From Anaerolineae bacterium (lineage in GTDB: Bacteria > Chloroflexota > Anaerolineae > DTPP01), in the NCBI GenBank assembly GCA_049969295.1, contig JBMFPD010000001.1:332-64331 (forward strand): a DNA stretch of 64,000 bases, written 5' to 3'. Below the pieces are notes generated by a model. It was not told where the DNA came from, did not search any database, and worked only from the letters and a program-made list of their open reading frames with translations. Each line of letters begins with the position of its first letter. Within the stretch, counting starts at the first letter, position 1. The position numbers were made by a program, and so were the translations under genes. Below, in pieces: positions 12,248 to 22,851 of the stretch.

Positions 12248-12643
12248 ATGATGACGGACCCGATTGCCGATATGTTGACCCGCATCCGGAACGCGGCCAT
12301 GGCCCGGCATGGCTATGTGGTCATGCCCAGTTCCAAACTGAAGGTGGCCATCGCCCGCATCCTGCGGGAAGAGGGATTCATCCAGGATTATGACGTGACC
12401 CAGGACCGTCCCCAGCCCCGGTTGCGCATCTGGCTCAAGTACACGCCGGACCGCCGGCCGGTCATCACGGGCCTGGAGCGGGTGAGCAAGCCCGGACGCC
12501 GGGTCTATGCCAAGCGGCGGGAGGTCCCCTGGGTGCGCAGCGGGGTGGGGATCGCCATCCTGTCCACGCCGAAGGGCGTGATGACGGACCGGCAGGCCCG
12601 CCGCCTGGGCGTCGGTGGCGAGGTCATCTGCTACGTCTGGTAG
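12248..12643 (+). CDS. rpsH: 30S ribosomal protein S8
   Basis: [16 protein letters not shown]... with an RBS upstream; the track ORF was trimmed. Confidence 0.9.
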   Translation: MMTDPIADMLTRIRNAAMARHGYVVMPSSKLKVAIARILREEGFIQDYDVTQDRPQPRLRIWLKYTPDRRPVITGLERVSKPGRRVYAKRREVPWVRSGVGIAILSTPKGVMTDRQARRLGVGGEVICYVW

Positions 12644-12684
12644 GCCGGACGGGGCCTTGGGGATCTGGAAGCAGGAGGTGAGCG

Positions 12685-13233
12685 GTGTCTCGGATAGGGC
12701 GGATGCCCATCGCCCTGCCCAAGGGCGTGGAAGTCAAGGTGGAACCGGGCAACCTGGTGACGGTGAAGGGGCCGAAGGGCACCCTGACCCGGGCCTTGCA
12801 CCCGGACATGCAGATTGAGGTGGCGGAAGGACAAGTGGTGGTGCGCCGGCCCAGCGAGGCCCGGCACCACCGGGCCCTCCACGGGCTGACAAGGGCCCTT
12901 CTGGCCAACATGGTCACCGGGGTTTCGCAGGGGTTCCGCAAAGACCTGGAGATCGTGGGGGAGGGGTACCGTGCGGAACTCCAGGGCCGGAAACTGGTCC
13001 TCTCCCTGGGGTTCTCCCACCCGGTAGAGGTGGAGCCGCCCGAGGGGATCTCCTTTGAGGTGGACCGGTCGGGGCGCAAGTTCAGCGTCCTGGGCATTGA
13101 CAAGGAACTGGTCGGCGAAGTGGCGGCCAAGATCCGCGCCAAGCGCCCGCCCGAGCCCTACAAGGGGAAGGGGATCCGCTACGAGGGCGAGTACGTGCGG
13201 ATGAAGGCCGGCAAGGGCGGCAAGGGCAAGTAG
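12685..13233 (+). CDS. rplF: 50S ribosomal protein L6
   Basis: [15 protein letters not shown]...; GTG start. Confidence 0.9.
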   Translation: MSRIGRMPIALPKGVEVKVEPGNLVTVKGPKGTLTRALHPDMQIEVAEGQVVVRRPSEARHHRALHGLTRALLANMVTGVSQGFRKDLEIVGEGYRAELQGRKLVLSLGFSHPVEVEPPEGISFEVDRSGRKFSVLGIDKELVGEVAAKIRAKRPPEPYKGKGIRYEGEYVRMKAGKGGKGK

Positions 13234-13299
13234 CAGGAATCTAGGGTGGGCCGGAAACCTCTCCGGCCCGGCTCAAGAACAAGCGAGGGCAGGTGGTCT

Positions 13300-13668
13300 A
13301 TGACGGCAGAGGTGGATAAGCGACGGGCCCGTGAGCGGCGGCACCTGCGGGTGCGGAAGAAAGTCTTCGGCACGCCGGAGCGCCCGCGCCTGAACGTGTA
13401 CCGGAGCCTGAGCCACATCTATGCTCAGGTGATAGACGATACCCGGGGCGTGACCCTGGTCTCCGCGTCCACCATTGACCCGGAAGTGCGGCCCCAGGTG
13501 CAGGGGCTCCCCAAGACGGAGCAGGCGCGCCTGGTGGGCAAGAAGGTGGCCGAGCGGGCGCTGGCCAAGGGGATCACCAAGGTGGTCTTTGACCGCGGCG
13601 GCTACAAGTACCACGGCCGGGTGAAGGCCCTGGCGGAAGCCAGCCGCGAGGCCGGGCTGGAATTCTAG
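13300..13668 (+). CDS. rplR: 50S ribosomal protein L18
   Basis: ...[15 protein letters not shown]... from an internal ATG with an RBS. Confidence 0.85.
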   Translation: MTAEVDKRRARERRHLRVRKKVFGTPERPRLNVYRSLSHIYAQVIDDTRGVTLVSASTIDPEVRPQVQGLPKTEQARLVGKKVAERALAKGITKVVFDRGGYKYHGRVKALAEASREAGLEF

Positions 13669-13723
13669 GCGAGGGGAGGCTGGAAGGTCGGCACGCCGAC
13701 CTTGTGGAGGAGGCAAACCACGC

Positions 13724-14266
13724 ATGGATACGAGAGGATACGGAGCCGCCTCGTTTGAGGAGATGGAGTACGACGAACGGGTAGTCCACATCGCCCGGAC
13801 AGCCAAGGTGGTCAAGGGCGGACGTCGGTTCAGTTTCCGCGCCGTGGTGGTGGTGGGCGATGGCAAGGGCCGCGTGGGCGTTGGCATCGGCAAGGCGGGC
13901 GAGGTCCCCGATGCCATCCGCAAGGGGTCCGAGAAGGCCAGGCGGAACATGGTGCGGGTCCCCATGGTGGGGAGCACCATTCCCCACGAGGTGCTGGCCA
14001 AGTTCGGGGCGGCTGAGGTCCTGCTGAAGCCCGCGTCCCCGGGCACGGGGGTCATCGCTGGCGGTGCAGTGCGCGCCGTGGTGGAGGCGGCGGGCATCCG
14101 GGACATCCTCACCAAGTCCCTGGGCAGCGAGAACATCATGAACGTCGCCATGGCCACCTGGGAGGCCCTCAAGCAACTGAAGGATGTGGAGGAACAGGCC
14201 CGGTTGCGGGGCCTGCCTTTGGAACGGGTGGCTCCGTTCTGGAGGAGGTCCGGAGATGCCTCGTGA
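13724..14266 (+). CDS. rpsE: 30S ribosomal protein S5
   Basis: ...[11 protein letters not shown]... Confidence 0.9.
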   Translation: MDTRGYGAASFEEMEYDERVVHIARTAKVVKGGRRFSFRAVVVVGDGKGRVGVGIGKAGEVPDAIRKGSEKARRNMVRVPMVGSTIPHEVLAKFGAAEVLLKPASPGTGVIAGGAVRAVVEAAGIRDILTKSLGSENIMNVAMATWEALKQLKDVEEQARLRGLPLERVAPFWRRSGDAS

Positions 14267-14471
14267 GGACGAGAAGAAGGTGGCTCCGCCCAGGCTGCGC
14301 ATCACCTGGGTGAAGAGCGACATCGGCTACGACAAGCGGCAGAAGGGGACCATCCGGGCCCTGGGCCTGCACCACCTGGGGGACACGGTGGAGCACGAGG
14401 CCACGCCGGCCATCCGCGGGATGGTGGCGAAGGTCATCCACCTGGTGAAGGTGGAAGAGGTCCAGGGGTGA
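14256..14471 (+). CDS. rpmD: 50S ribosomal protein L30
   Basis: [21 protein letters not shown]... from an internal ATG. The start overlaps the rpsE 3' end by 11 nt. Confidence 0.85.
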   Translation: MPREDEKKVAPPRLRITWVKSDIGYDKRQKGTIRALGLHHLGDTVEHEATPAIRGMVAKVIHLVKVEEVQG

Positions 14472-14493
14472 AGGTGTGAGGAGCGGAGAAGCG

Positions 14494-14952
14494 ATGAAGT
14501 TGCACGAGTTGCGGCCTGCCGAGGGGGCCAAGAAGAAGCGGAAGCGCGTGGGACGCGGCATCGCGGCCGGCCAGGGCAAGACCGCAGGGCGCGGCACCAA
14601 GGGCCAGAACGCCCGGACGGGCGGAGGGGTTCGCCCTTACTTCGAAGGCGGCCAGCTGCCCCTGGTGCGGCGGCTGCCCTTCAAACGGGGCTTCACCAAC
14701 ATCTGGCGCATTGAGTACACGCCGGTCAACCTGGAGCGCCTGGACCGCTTCCCGGCCGGGAGCGAGGTGACCCCCGAGACGTTGGCCGAGGCCGGCATCA
14801 TCAAGTCGCCCCGGGAGGCGGTGGTCATCCTGGGCCAGGGCGACCTGGACCGCCCCCTGACGGTCAAGGCGCACCGGTTCTCCGCCTCGGCCCGGGAGAA
14901 GATCCTCAAGGCCGGGGGCACGGTGGAGGTCCTGGAGTACCAGAGGGCGTAG
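14494..14952 (+). CDS. rplO: 50S ribosomal protein L15
   Basis: [22 protein letters not shown]... Confidence 0.9.
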   Translation: MKLHELRPAEGAKKKRKRVGRGIAAGQGKTAGRGTKGQNARTGGGVRPYFEGGQLPLVRRLPFKRGFTNIWRIEYTPVNLERLDRFPAGSEVTPETLAEAGIIKSPREAVVILGQGDLDRPLTVKAHRFSASAREKILKAGGTVEVLEYQRA

Positions 14953-14993
14953 GAGTTGGGCCGGACAAGGCCTGACCGAGGAGAGGCGAGGAC

Positions 14994-16316
14994 ATGTTAC
15001 AAGCAGTGCGCAATGCCTTCCGACTGCCTGACCTGCGGCGGAAGATCCTCTTCACCTTCTTCATCCTGGTGATCTTCCGCCTGGGCGCGCACGTGCCGGT
15101 GCCGGGCGTGGATGCGGAGCGGCTGCGGGCCCTGTTCCAGAGCAACGAACTCCTGGGGCTTCTGGACCTGTTCTCGGGCGGCGCGATGTCCACCTTCTCG
15201 GTCATGGCCATGGGGGTCTACCCCTACATCACGGCGAGCATCGTCATGCAGTTGCTCCAGCCCCTGATCCCGCAGTTGGAGCAGCTGGCCAAGGAGGGGG
15301 AGCAGGGCCGCCACAAACTGAACCAGTACACCCACTGGCTCACGGTGCCCCTGGCGGCGATGCAGGCCTTCGGCTCGGCGAGCCTGATGGCCCAGCAGGG
15401 GATCCTGGTGAACTTCGGTCTCAAGCCCGAGACCCTGATCCCCACCCTCTCCACGGTCCTGACCATGACCGCGGGGACCATGTTCGCCGTGTGGCTGGGC
15501 GAACTGATTGACGAGCAGGGGGTTGGGAACGGCGTCTCCCTCATCATCTTCGGAGGCATTGTCGCCCGGGTGCCGCAGACGGTGGGGGCCTACCTCATCG
15601 CCCAGGAATGGGGCCGCCTCATCGTCCTGCTGGTCATCATGGTGATCACTGTGGCCGCCATCGTGGTGGTCCAAGAGGGGCAGCGGCGCATCCCGGTCCA
15701 GTACGGGCGGCGGGTGCTGGCCATGCGGGGCAACCGGCTGCGGGTGGCTGGCGGCCAGAGCAGTTGGATCCCCCTGCGGGTCAACTCGGCGGGGATGATC
15801 CCGCTCATCTTCGCCCAGAGCATCATGCTGCTCCCTGGGACCATTGCCGGCTACTTCGTCTATTCCAACGTGGGGTGGCTGGCCAGCGTGGCCCAGACGG
15901 TCTCGCGGATCTTCGACCCCAACGGGTGGGTCTACGGCATCTTGTACTTTCTGATGGTCATCGGGTTCACGTACTTTTACACGGACGTGATCTTCCGTCA
16001 GCAGAACCTGCCGGATACCCTGCAGAAGCAGGGCGGGTTCATCCCGGGGATCCGGCCTGGCAAGCGCACGGAGGAGTACCTGAACGGGGTCCTGCAGCGT
16101 ATCACCCTGGTGGGGGCGATCTTCCTGGGCGCGGTGGCGATCCTGCCCTGGTTGAGCAGCCTCATCACCGGCGAGTCGGTCGGCCGGGGCGGGATGATCA
16201 TCACCAGCGCTGGGCTCCTCATCGTGGTCGGTGTCGTGCTGGACACCATGAAGCAACTGGAGGCCCAGCTCCTGATGCGGCACTACGAGGGCTTCATCCG
16301 CAGGGCAGCCTCCTGA
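14994..16316 (+). CDS. secY: Preprotein translocase subunit SecY
   Basis: 440 aa multi-pass membrane protein of the SecY family, at the SecY position in the spc operon. Confidence 0.92.
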   Translation: MLQAVRNAFRLPDLRRKILFTFFILVIFRLGAHVPVPGVDAERLRALFQSNELLGLLDLFSGGAMSTFSVMAMGVYPYITASIVMQLLQPLIPQLEQLAKEGEQGRHKLNQYTHWLTVPLAAMQAFGSASLMAQQGILVNFGLKPETLIPTLSTVLTMTAGTMFAVWLGELIDEQGVGNGVSLIIFGGIVARVPQTVGAYLIAQEWGRLIVLLVIMVITVAAIVVVQEGQRRIPVQYGRRVLAMRGNRLRVAGGQSSWIPLRVNSAGMIPLIFAQSIMLLPGTIAGYFVYSNVGWLASVAQTVSRIFDPNGWVYGILYFLMVIGFTYFYTDVIFRQQNLPDTLQKQGGFIPGIRPGKRTEEYLNGVLQRITLVGAIFLGAVAILPWLSSLITGESVGRGGMIITSAGLLIVVGVVLDTMKQLEAQLLMRHYEGFIRRAAS

Positions 16317-16330
16317 GGGGTCGGTGGGCG

Positions 16331-17011
16331 ATGCCGAAGGACGGTCGCACCTTCATCGTGCTCCTGGGCGCGCCAGGCGCGGGCAAGGGGACGCAGGCGG
16401 AACTCCTGCAGAAAGACTACGGGCTGGCGCACATCTCCAGTGGCGACCTCTTCCGCGAGCATCTGGAGAAGGGGACACCGCTGGGCAAGTTGGCCCAGGC
16501 CTACATGGACCGTGGCGAGTTGGTCCCCGACGACGTGACCATCGCCATGGTGCGGGAGCGGCTGCAGGAGCCAGATTGCCAGAGAGGAGCCATCCTGGAC
16601 GGGTTCCCCCGCACGGTGGCCCAGGCAGAGGCGCTGGACGCCCTTCTGAGGGAGATGGGGGAACGGATCTGCGTGGTCCCGTACGTGAAGGTGTCGCCGG
16701 AGGTGCTGCTGGAGCGGCTGAGCGGGCGGTGGACCTGTCGCCAGTGCGGTGCGGTGTACCATGTGCTCTACAATCCGCCCAAGGTCGCCGGGGTGTGCGA
16801 CGAGTGCGGTGGGCCCCTGTACCAGCGCCCGGACGACACGCCGGAGACACAGCGGCGGCGGATTGCTGTGTATCTGGAGCAGACCGCTCCGCTCATCGCT
16901 CGCTACCAGGCCCAGGGCCTGCTGGTGGAGGTGGACGGGGAACGGCCGATTGAAGAGGTGCACGCGCTCTTACGGAAGGCGATAGAAGACTCATGCGGCC
17001 GTCCATCGTGA
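16331..17011 (+). CDS. adk: Adenylate kinase with a four-Cys zinc lid
   Basis: P-loop GAPGAGKGTQ; lid cysteines CRQCG...CDECGG. The track ORF 15608..17011 has a spurious 5' extension. Confidence 0.9.
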   Translation: MPKDGRTFIVLLGAPGAGKGTQAELLQKDYGLAHISSGDLFREHLEKGTPLGKLAQAYMDRGELVPDDVTIAMVRERLQEPDCQRGAILDGFPRTVAQAEALDALLREMGERICVVPYVKVSPEVLLERLSGRWTCRQCGAVYHVLYNPPKVAGVCDECGGPLYQRPDDTPETQRRRIAVYLEQTAPLIARYQAQGLLVEVDGERPIEEVHALLRKAIEDSCGRPS

Positions 17012-17781
17012 TCGTTAAGAAAACGGCGGCAGAACTGGCGCTGATGCGGGAGGCGGGCCGGATCGTGGCCCTGGCCCTGCAGGCCATCCGCGAGGCAGCG
17101 GAGCCTGGCGTCAGCACGGCGGACCTGGACCGCCTGGCGGAGGAGGTCATCCGCAGCCACGGGGCCATCCCCTCGTTCCTGGGGGTCCCCGGGGGGCCAG
17201 GCCGGCCGGACTTCCCGGCCACCATCTGCACCAGCCTGAACGAGCAACTGGTCCACGGCATCCCCCGGCCGGATGTGGTGCTGAAGCCGGGGGACATCCT
17301 GAGCGTGGACGTGGGGGCGATCTACGAAGGCTGGCACGGCGATGCGGCCATCACCCTGGGGATCGGCCGCATCTCGGACGAGGCCAGGCGGCTGATCGCC
17401 GTGACGGAAGGGGCCCTCCGGGCGGGGATTGCGGCGGCCCGGGCGGGCCGGCGGGTGGCCCACATCTCCAGGGCCATCCAGCGCTACGTGGAGCGCCACG
17501 GTTTCAACGTGGTGCGGGAGTACACGGGGCATGGCATCGGCCGGGAGATGCACGAGCCGCCGCAGGTGTTGAACTACCACACCCCCAGCATGCCAGAGGG
17601 GCCGGTCCTGGAGCCAGGCATGACCCTGGCCCTGGAACCCATGGTGAACGCGGGGACCTACCGCACCAAAGTCCTGGCGGACGGGTGGACGGTGGTCACG
17701 GCGGACGGACGGCTTTCGGCCCACTTTGAGCACACCATTGCCATTACAGAAGGCGAGGCGGAGATCCTGACTCGCCTGTGA
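16993..17781 (+). CDS. map: Methionine aminopeptidase type I
   Basis: MAP family; overlaps the adk 3' end by 19 nt. Confidence 0.9.
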   Translation: MRPSIVIVKKTAAELALMREAGRIVALALQAIREAAEPGVSTADLDRLAEEVIRSHGAIPSFLGVPGGPGRPDFPATICTSLNEQLVHGIPRPDVVLKPGDILSVDVGAIYEGWHGDAAITLGIGRISDEARRLIAVTEGALRAGIAAARAGRRVAHISRAIQRYVERHGFNVVREYTGHGIGREMHEPPQVLNYHTPSMPEGPVLEPGMTLALEPMVNAGTYRTKVLADGWTVVTADGRLSAHFEHTIAITEGEAEILTRL

Positions 17782-17801
17782 AGGAAGAGGAGGAAGGTGA
17801 C

Positions 17802-17915
17802 ATGAAAGTCCGACCCTCGGTGAAGCGGCGTTGTGAGAACTGCAAGATCATCAGGCGGCGCGGCGTGGTGCGGGTCATCTGCAAGAACCCGCGGCACAAG
17901 CAGCGCCAGGGCTAG
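17802..17915 (+). CDS. rpmJ: 50S ribosomal protein L36 (37 aa, shorter than the track's 60-aa cutoff)
   Basis: Translated by hand: [37 protein letters not shown], with the RBS AGGAGGAAGG upstream. Confidence 0.9.
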   Translation: MKVRPSVKRRCENCKIIRRRGVVRVICKNPRHKQRQG

Positions 17916-17976
17916 ACCGTTGGGAGGAGGTGCCCTGTCCACAGGGCAGGGGGCAAGTTTCTGAGGAGGTTGCTGG

Positions 17977-18360
17977 ATGGCACGTATCGCTGGGCGGGAC
18001 CTGCCGCGGGACAAGCGGGTGGAAGTGGCCCTGACGTACATCTACGGCATCGGGCCGTCGCTGAGCCGCGAGATTCTGGCCAAGACGCAGATCAACCCTG
18101 ACACCCGGGTGCGCGACCTGACGGAGGCCGAGGTCAGCCGGTTGCGGGAGGTGATTGACCGCGAGTACCGGGTGGAAGGCGACCTGCGCCGCGAGGTGGC
18201 CATGAACATCAAGCGGCTCATGGAGATCGGTTGTTACCGGGGGATCCGGCACCGGAAGAACCTGCCCGTGCGTGGGCAGCGGACCCGCACCAACGCCCGG
18301 ACCAAGCGCGGGCCGCGCAAGACGGTGCCCGGGAAGCGGCGGTCTCGGGCCAAGAAGTAA
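17977..18360 (+). CDS. rpsM: 30S ribosomal protein S13
   Basis: [26 protein letters not shown]... Confidence 0.92.
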   Translation: MARIAGRDLPRDKRVEVALTYIYGIGPSLSREILAKTQINPDTRVRDLTEAEVSRLREVIDREYRVEGDLRREVAMNIKRLMEIGCYRGIRHRKNLPVRGQRTRTNARTKRGPRKTVPGKRRSRAKK

Positions 18361-18421
18361 GAAGGACGGGGGGCTTCTGGATGGCCCCCGGTGGCAAGGT
18401 TTTCTGCAAGCAGGAGGAACC

Positions 18422-18820
18422 ATGGGACGCGCAAGGCGTGGTACGAGCAGGGCTTCGCGGCGGGAGCGGCGGGTGGTGCCGCTGGCGCAGGCACACATCC
18501 AGTCCACGTTCAATAACACGATCATCACCATCACGGACCCCCAGGGGAACACCCTGACCTGGGCCAGCGCGGGCTCGGCCGGCTTCAAGGGGTCCCGGAA
18601 GAGCACGCCCTACGCCGCGCAGGTGGCTGCGCAGCAAGCGGTGCGGCAGGCCCAGGACCTGGGCGTGCGGGAAGTGGATATCTTCGTCAAAGGCCTGGGG
18701 CCGGGCCGGGAGGCAGCCATCCGCTCGCTCCAGAGCGCGGGGCTGCGCATTCGGTCCATCACCGATGTGACGCCAGTGCCCCACAACGGGTGCCGGCCGA
18801 AGAAGAAACGGCGCGTCTAG
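18422..18820 (+). CDS. rpsK: 30S ribosomal protein S11
   Basis: The S11 family fits. The start is an internal ATG after the RBS AGGAGGAACC. Confidence 0.9.
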   Translation: MGRARRGTSRASRRERRVVPLAQAHIQSTFNNTIITITDPQGNTLTWASAGSAGFKGSRKSTPYAAQVAAQQAVRQAQDLGVREVDIFVKGLGPGREAAIRSLQSAGLRIRSITDVTPVPHNGCRPKKKRRV

Positions 18821-18902
18821 GGCGAGGCATGCGGGGAGCCAGGGCGCGGGAGGCCCGCGCCTGGCGGGCAGATGAGCAGTGCGGAACACATGCGGAGGAA
18901 CC

Positions 18903-19538
18903 ATGGGCAGGTATACAGGTCCCGTTTGTAGGCTTTGCAGGCGCGAGGGCATGAAGCTGTTCCTCAAAGGGGAACGGTGCTATACGGACAAGTGCGCGGT
19001 GGAGCGCCGGCCGTATCCCCCAGGGATGCATGGGCAGAAGGCGCGCTTCCGGCGCAAGGAATCGGACTACGCGCTCCAGTTGCGGGAGAAGCAGCGCGCC
19101 AAGCGCATCTACGGGGTGTTGGAACGGCAGTTCCGTCGCTACTACCAGGAAGCATTGCGGCGGCCGGGACCCACGGGGGCCAACCTCTTGACCATCCTGG
19201 AGACCCGGCTGGACAACGTGGTCTACCGCCTGGGGTTCGCCGACTCCCGCGCCCAGGCGCGGCAACTGGTGCGGCATGGGCACTTCTTGCTCAATGGACG
19301 GAAGACCGACATCCCCTCGGCCCTGGTGAAGCCGGGGGACGTGGTGAGCGTGCGGCCCGAGAGCCGGCGCCTCACCTACTTCAAGGAACGGGCGGAGGTC
19401 CTGGAGTCCAAGCCCTTGGTGAACTGGCTCAGCCGTGATGCCATGAGCCTCTCGGGGAGGGTCCTGAGCCTGCCAGAGCGCAGGGATATTGACGTGGACC
19501 TCAAAGAGCAGCTGATCGTAGAGTACTACTCACGGTAG
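18903..19538 (+). CDS. rpsD: 30S ribosomal protein S4
   Basis: [16 protein letters not shown]... Confidence 0.9.
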   Translation: MGRYTGPVCRLCRREGMKLFLKGERCYTDKCAVERRPYPPGMHGQKARFRRKESDYALQLREKQRAKRIYGVLERQFRRYYQEALRRPGPTGANLLTILETRLDNVVYRLGFADSRAQARQLVRHGHFLLNGRKTDIPSALVKPGDVVSVRPESRRLTYFKERAEVLESKPLVNWLSRDAMSLSGRVLSLPERRDIDVDLKEQLIVEYYSR

Positions 19539-19590
19539 CGCGACGGCATCCGGGCGGGCCGCCTGGGACACGGGGCCTGGGCCCTGCAGT

Positions 19591-20583
19591 GTGGAGGAGG
19601 AGACCTTGGTATCCAATCTGGTGCTCCCAAGAATAGAAACCGTTGCCAGTTCGCGCAACTACGGTCGCTTCAGCATCGGTCCGTTGGAGAGCGGGTATGG
19701 CGTCACGCTGGGCAACGCCCTGCGGCGTGTGCTCCTCTCGTCCCTGCCGGGCGCGGCGGTGACCTATATCCGCGTGAGCGGGGTGCCGCACGAATTCACC
19801 ACCATCCCCCATGTCAAAGAGGACATGATGGCCTTCATCCTGAACGTGAAGCAACTGCGGCTGAAACTGGACGGGGACGAGGAGGTGCGCCTGCGCCTGG
19901 CCGTGCGGGGCCAGGGCGTGATCACGGCGGCGGACTTGGAGTGTCCGCCCAATGTGGAGATCGCCAACCCGGACCTGTACCTCCTCACGGCCGATTCGGA
20001 TGAGGCCGACCTGGACATTGAACTGGTGGTCGCGCCGGGGCGAGGGTACTCGCCGGCCGAGGAGCGGGTGCGCGGCGGCAGCATCGGTGAGATCGCTGTG
20101 GACGCCATCTTCAGCCCGGTGCGCAAGGTCAACTACGAGGTGGAACGGGCCCGCATCGGCCATGCCACCAACTACGACAGGCTGCTGATGGAGATCTGGA
20201 CGGACGGGACCATCTCGCCGGAAGAGGCTCTCTCCAGCGCGGCCAAGATCCTGGTGGACCACTTCCTCCTGGTGGCCAACCTGGGGCGGGAAGCCGCCCC
20301 CGAGGAGGAGAGGCGCGCCTTGGGCGGGCCGGAGGTGACGATCCCGCCGGAGGTGGCGGAGACGCCGGTGGAGGAGTTGGGGCTCAGCGTGCGGGCCTAC
20401 AATTGCCTCAAGCGGGCCGGCATCACCAAGGTGGGGCAGGTCCTGCAGCGCCTCCAGAAGGGCAAGGGCGAACTCCTGAGCATCCGGAACTTCGGCGAGA
20501 AGTCACTGGAGGAATTGCTGGCGAAACTGGAAGAAAAAGGCTTCCTGGAGGGCGTGGAGATCCCGGAGGACAACGCGGAATAG
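19591..20583 (+). CDS. rpoA: DNA-directed RNA polymerase subunit alpha
   Basis: RpoA N-terminal and C-terminal domains are recognisable. GTG start; a TTG at 19606 is an alternative. Confidence 0.88.
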   Translation: MEEETLVSNLVLPRIETVASSRNYGRFSIGPLESGYGVTLGNALRRVLLSSLPGAAVTYIRVSGVPHEFTTIPHVKEDMMAFILNVKQLRLKLDGDEEVRLRLAVRGQGVITAADLECPPNVEIANPDLYLLTADSDEADLDIELVVAPGRGYSPAEERVRGGSIGEIAVDAIFSPVRKVNYEVERARIGHATNYDRLLMEIWTDGTISPEEALSSAAKILVDHFLLVANLGREAAPEEERRALGGPEVTIPPEVAETPVEELGLSVRAYNCLKRAGITKVGQVLQRLQKGKGELLSIRNFGEKSLEELLAKLEEKGFLEGVEIPEDNAE

Positions 20584-20623
20584 GGACGCCCTCCGGGGGT
20601 TGGTGTGGGGGAGTTGAGCGGCC

Positions 20624-20992
20624 ATGCGACATAGAGTGGCAGGCAAGAAACTGAGTCGCTCCACAGGGCACCGAAAAGCCCTGCGGAAGAATCTCATGAA
20701 GGCACTTTTCATCCACGGGCGCATCAGGACGACGGAGGCGAAGGCGCGGGCTATCCGGCCCGAGGCGGAGAAGCTGATCACGTTGGCCAAGCGGGGACTT
20801 GCCGACGCGTCGTACGGCGTCCACGCGCGGCGACTGGCGGCCGCCCGCCTGAGCGACAAGGAGGCGGCCAAGGTCCTCTTTGACCAGGTGGCCCCCAAGT
20901 ACGCCGAGCGCCCGGGGGGCTACACCCGCATGCTGAAGTTGGGGCAGCGCCAGGGCGACGGCGCGGAGATGGTCATCCTGGAGTTGGTCTAG
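20624..20992 (+). CDS. rplQ: 50S ribosomal protein L17
   Basis: L17 family. Confidence 0.9.
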   Translation: MRHRVAGKKLSRSTGHRKALRKNLMKALFIHGRIRTTEAKARAIRPEAEKLITLAKRGLADASYGVHARRLAAARLSDKEAAKVLFDQVAPKYAERPGGYTRMLKLGQRQGDGAEMVILELV

Positions 20993-21009
20993 GTCCCTGC
21001 GGGAGAAGG

Positions 21010-21816
21010 ATGGGCATGGCCGCCTGCACGGGCCCGGACACCGGGCCGGCCGGGGCAGGTCCTCGGGAAGGGAGGGGACCTATCCGCCGGGTGAAGGCGG
21101 TGATCGCCTACGAAGGCACGGACTTCCTGGGGTTCCAGAGGCAGGCCCAGGGGCCGACGGTCCAGGGGGTGCTGGAGGAGGTTCTGGCGAGGATCGCGGG
21201 CCACGGTGTGCGCGTGCTGGGGGCTGGCCGGACGGACGCCGGCGTCCATGCCGAAGGGCAGGTGGTGGCCTTTGACCTGGCCTGGCGCCACCCCCTGGAC
21301 AACCTGCGGAACGCGCTGAATGCCCTCCTGCCGCGGAGCATCGCCGTGCTGGAGGTGGCCTGGGCACCGGAGGGGTTCCACCCCCGGTTTGACGCCGTGA
21401 GCCGGACCTACCGCTACCGGGTCTTCAACCGGCCGGTGCGCAGCCCCTTCGAGGAGCGGTTCGCGTGGCATGTGCCGGAGCCGCTGGACGTGGAGCCGAT
21501 GAACGCGGCGGCGGCCTTGCTGGTGGGCGTGCACGATTTCGCTTCCTTTGGCCAGCCGACCCAGGGCGAGGCCACGGTGCGGGAGGTCTACCGGGCGCAC
21601 TGGGAGCGCCGGGGAGACCTGGTCGTCTTTGAGGTGGAGGCCAACGGGTTCCTGCGGGGAATGGTGCGCAGCCTGGTGGGGACGCTGGTGGAGGTGGGCC
21701 GGGGACGGCTCTCGCCGTCCGAGGTGGGGCGGATCCTCCAGGCCCGCGACCGGAGTGCGGCGAGCCCGACGGCCCCGCCCCAGGGGTTGTTCCTGGTCCA
21801 CGTGCGGTATCCGTGA
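21010..21816 (+). CDS. truA: tRNA pseudouridine(38-40) synthase
   Basis: ...AYEGTDFLGFQRQ...GRTDAGVHA... The start is uncertain: 21010, 21016, or a GTG at 21091. Confidence 0.8.
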   Translation: MGMAACTGPDTGPAGAGPREGRGPIRRVKAVIAYEGTDFLGFQRQAQGPTVQGVLEEVLARIAGHGVRVLGAGRTDAGVHAEGQVVAFDLAWRHPLDNLRNALNALLPRSIAVLEVAWAPEGFHPRFDAVSRTYRYRVFNRPVRSPFEERFAWHVPEPLDVEPMNAAAALLVGVHDFASFGQPTQGEATVREVYRAHWERRGDLVVFEVEANGFLRGMVRSLVGTLVEVGRGRLSPSEVGRILQARDRSAASPTAPPQGLFLVHVRYP

Positions 21817-21870
21817 GGGCGGTTCGGGGCTGGCCAGGGGGCGAGAGTTTTGAGAAGGAGTTGAGCGGCT

Positions 21871-22299
21871 GTGAGAACGTATGCGGTCAAGGCTTCGGAG
21901 ATTGAGCGGCGGTGGTACGTGGTGGATGCCCGGGGCAAGACCCTGGGGCGTCTCGCCTCGGAGATCGCCAAGATCCTGATGGGGAAGCACAAGCCCTACT
22001 ACTCCCCGCACCTGGATTGTGGGGATTACGTGGTGGTGGTCAACGCGGCCCAGGTCCGGGTGACGGGGCGCAAGTTGCGGGAGAAGATGTACTACCGCCA
22101 CTCCCTGTACCCTGGCGGGCTGAAGGAGATCCCCCTCTACCGGATGCTGGAGAAGCATCCGACGCGGGTGCTGGAACTGGCGGTGCGCCGGATGCTGCCC
22201 CAGAACCGCCTGGGTCGGCGGATGTTCAAGAAACTCAAGGTCTACGCAGGGAGCGAGCACCCTCACCAGGCGCAGAAACCTGAGCCTCTGGACCTGTAG
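21871..22299 (+). CDS. rplM: 50S ribosomal protein L13
   Basis: [20 protein letters not shown]...; GTG start. Confidence 0.9.
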   Translation: MRTYAVKASEIERRWYVVDARGKTLGRLASEIAKILMGKHKPYYSPHLDCGDYVVVVNAAQVRVTGRKLREKMYYRHSLYPGGLKEIPLYRMLEKHPTRVLELAVRRMLPQNRLGRRMFKKLKVYAGSEHPHQAQKPEPLDL

Positions 22300-22316
22300 G
22301 AGGAGAGGAAGGGGTT

Positions 22317-22712
22317 ATGGAAGGCCAATACTACGAGGCGGTCGGCAGACGGAAGACGTCCACAGCGCGCGTGCGCATCTACCCTGGCGGGCAGGGGCGC
22401 ATCCTGGTGAACGAGAAGCCCCTGGAGGAGTACTTCCCCCGGCCCCGGGATGTGCACCACCTTCTGGAGCCGCTGAAGGTGACGGGGTACCAGAGCGCGC
22501 TGGACGTGACGGTGCTGGTCAAAGGAGGGGGCATCTCCGGACAGGCGGGAGCGGTGCGCCACGGGCTGGCGCGCGCCCTTCTGCTCCTCAACCCCGAACT
22601 GCGCCCGGTGCTCCGGAAGTACGGCTTGCTCACCCGGGACCCCCGCATGAAGGAGCGGAAGAAGCCTGGCCTCAAGCGGGCGCGGAAGGCACCGCAGTAC
22701 ACCAAGCGCTAG
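22317..22712 (+). CDS. rpsI: 30S ribosomal protein S9
   Basis: S9 family, ending ...KAPQYTKR. Confidence 0.9.
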   Translation: MEGQYYEAVGRRKTSTARVRIYPGGQGRILVNEKPLEEYFPRPRDVHHLLEPLKVTGYQSALDVTVLVKGGGISGQAGAVRHGLARALLLLNPELRPVLRKYGLLTRDPRMKERKKPGLKRARKAPQYTKR

Positions 22713-22756
22713 GCTGTGGCTGGCGGGCTTGTCCCGCTGGCGAAGGGAAGACGCGA

Positions 22757-22793
22757 AAGGGGTGGCCTCCCTGGGGGGAAGGCCACCCCTTTT
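22757..22793. terminator. Rho-independent terminator (stem GGGGTGGCC/GGCCACCCC followed by TTTT) between the convergent genes rpsI and the ABC permease
   Basis: Hairpin and T-tract read directly from the sequence. Confidence 0.7.
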
Positions 22794-22851
22794 CGCGCCG
22801 GTGGGCTGGCTGGTGAGCCAGGAGCCCCCGTCCCGGGATGGGAAAGGTTCT

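Noticed and set aside
21010-21816. Treating truA-rplM-rpsI as a horizontally inserted unit.
   Set aside because: This placement directly after rplQ is a normal arrangement in several phyla. GC content and codon usage match the surrounding ribosomal genes.
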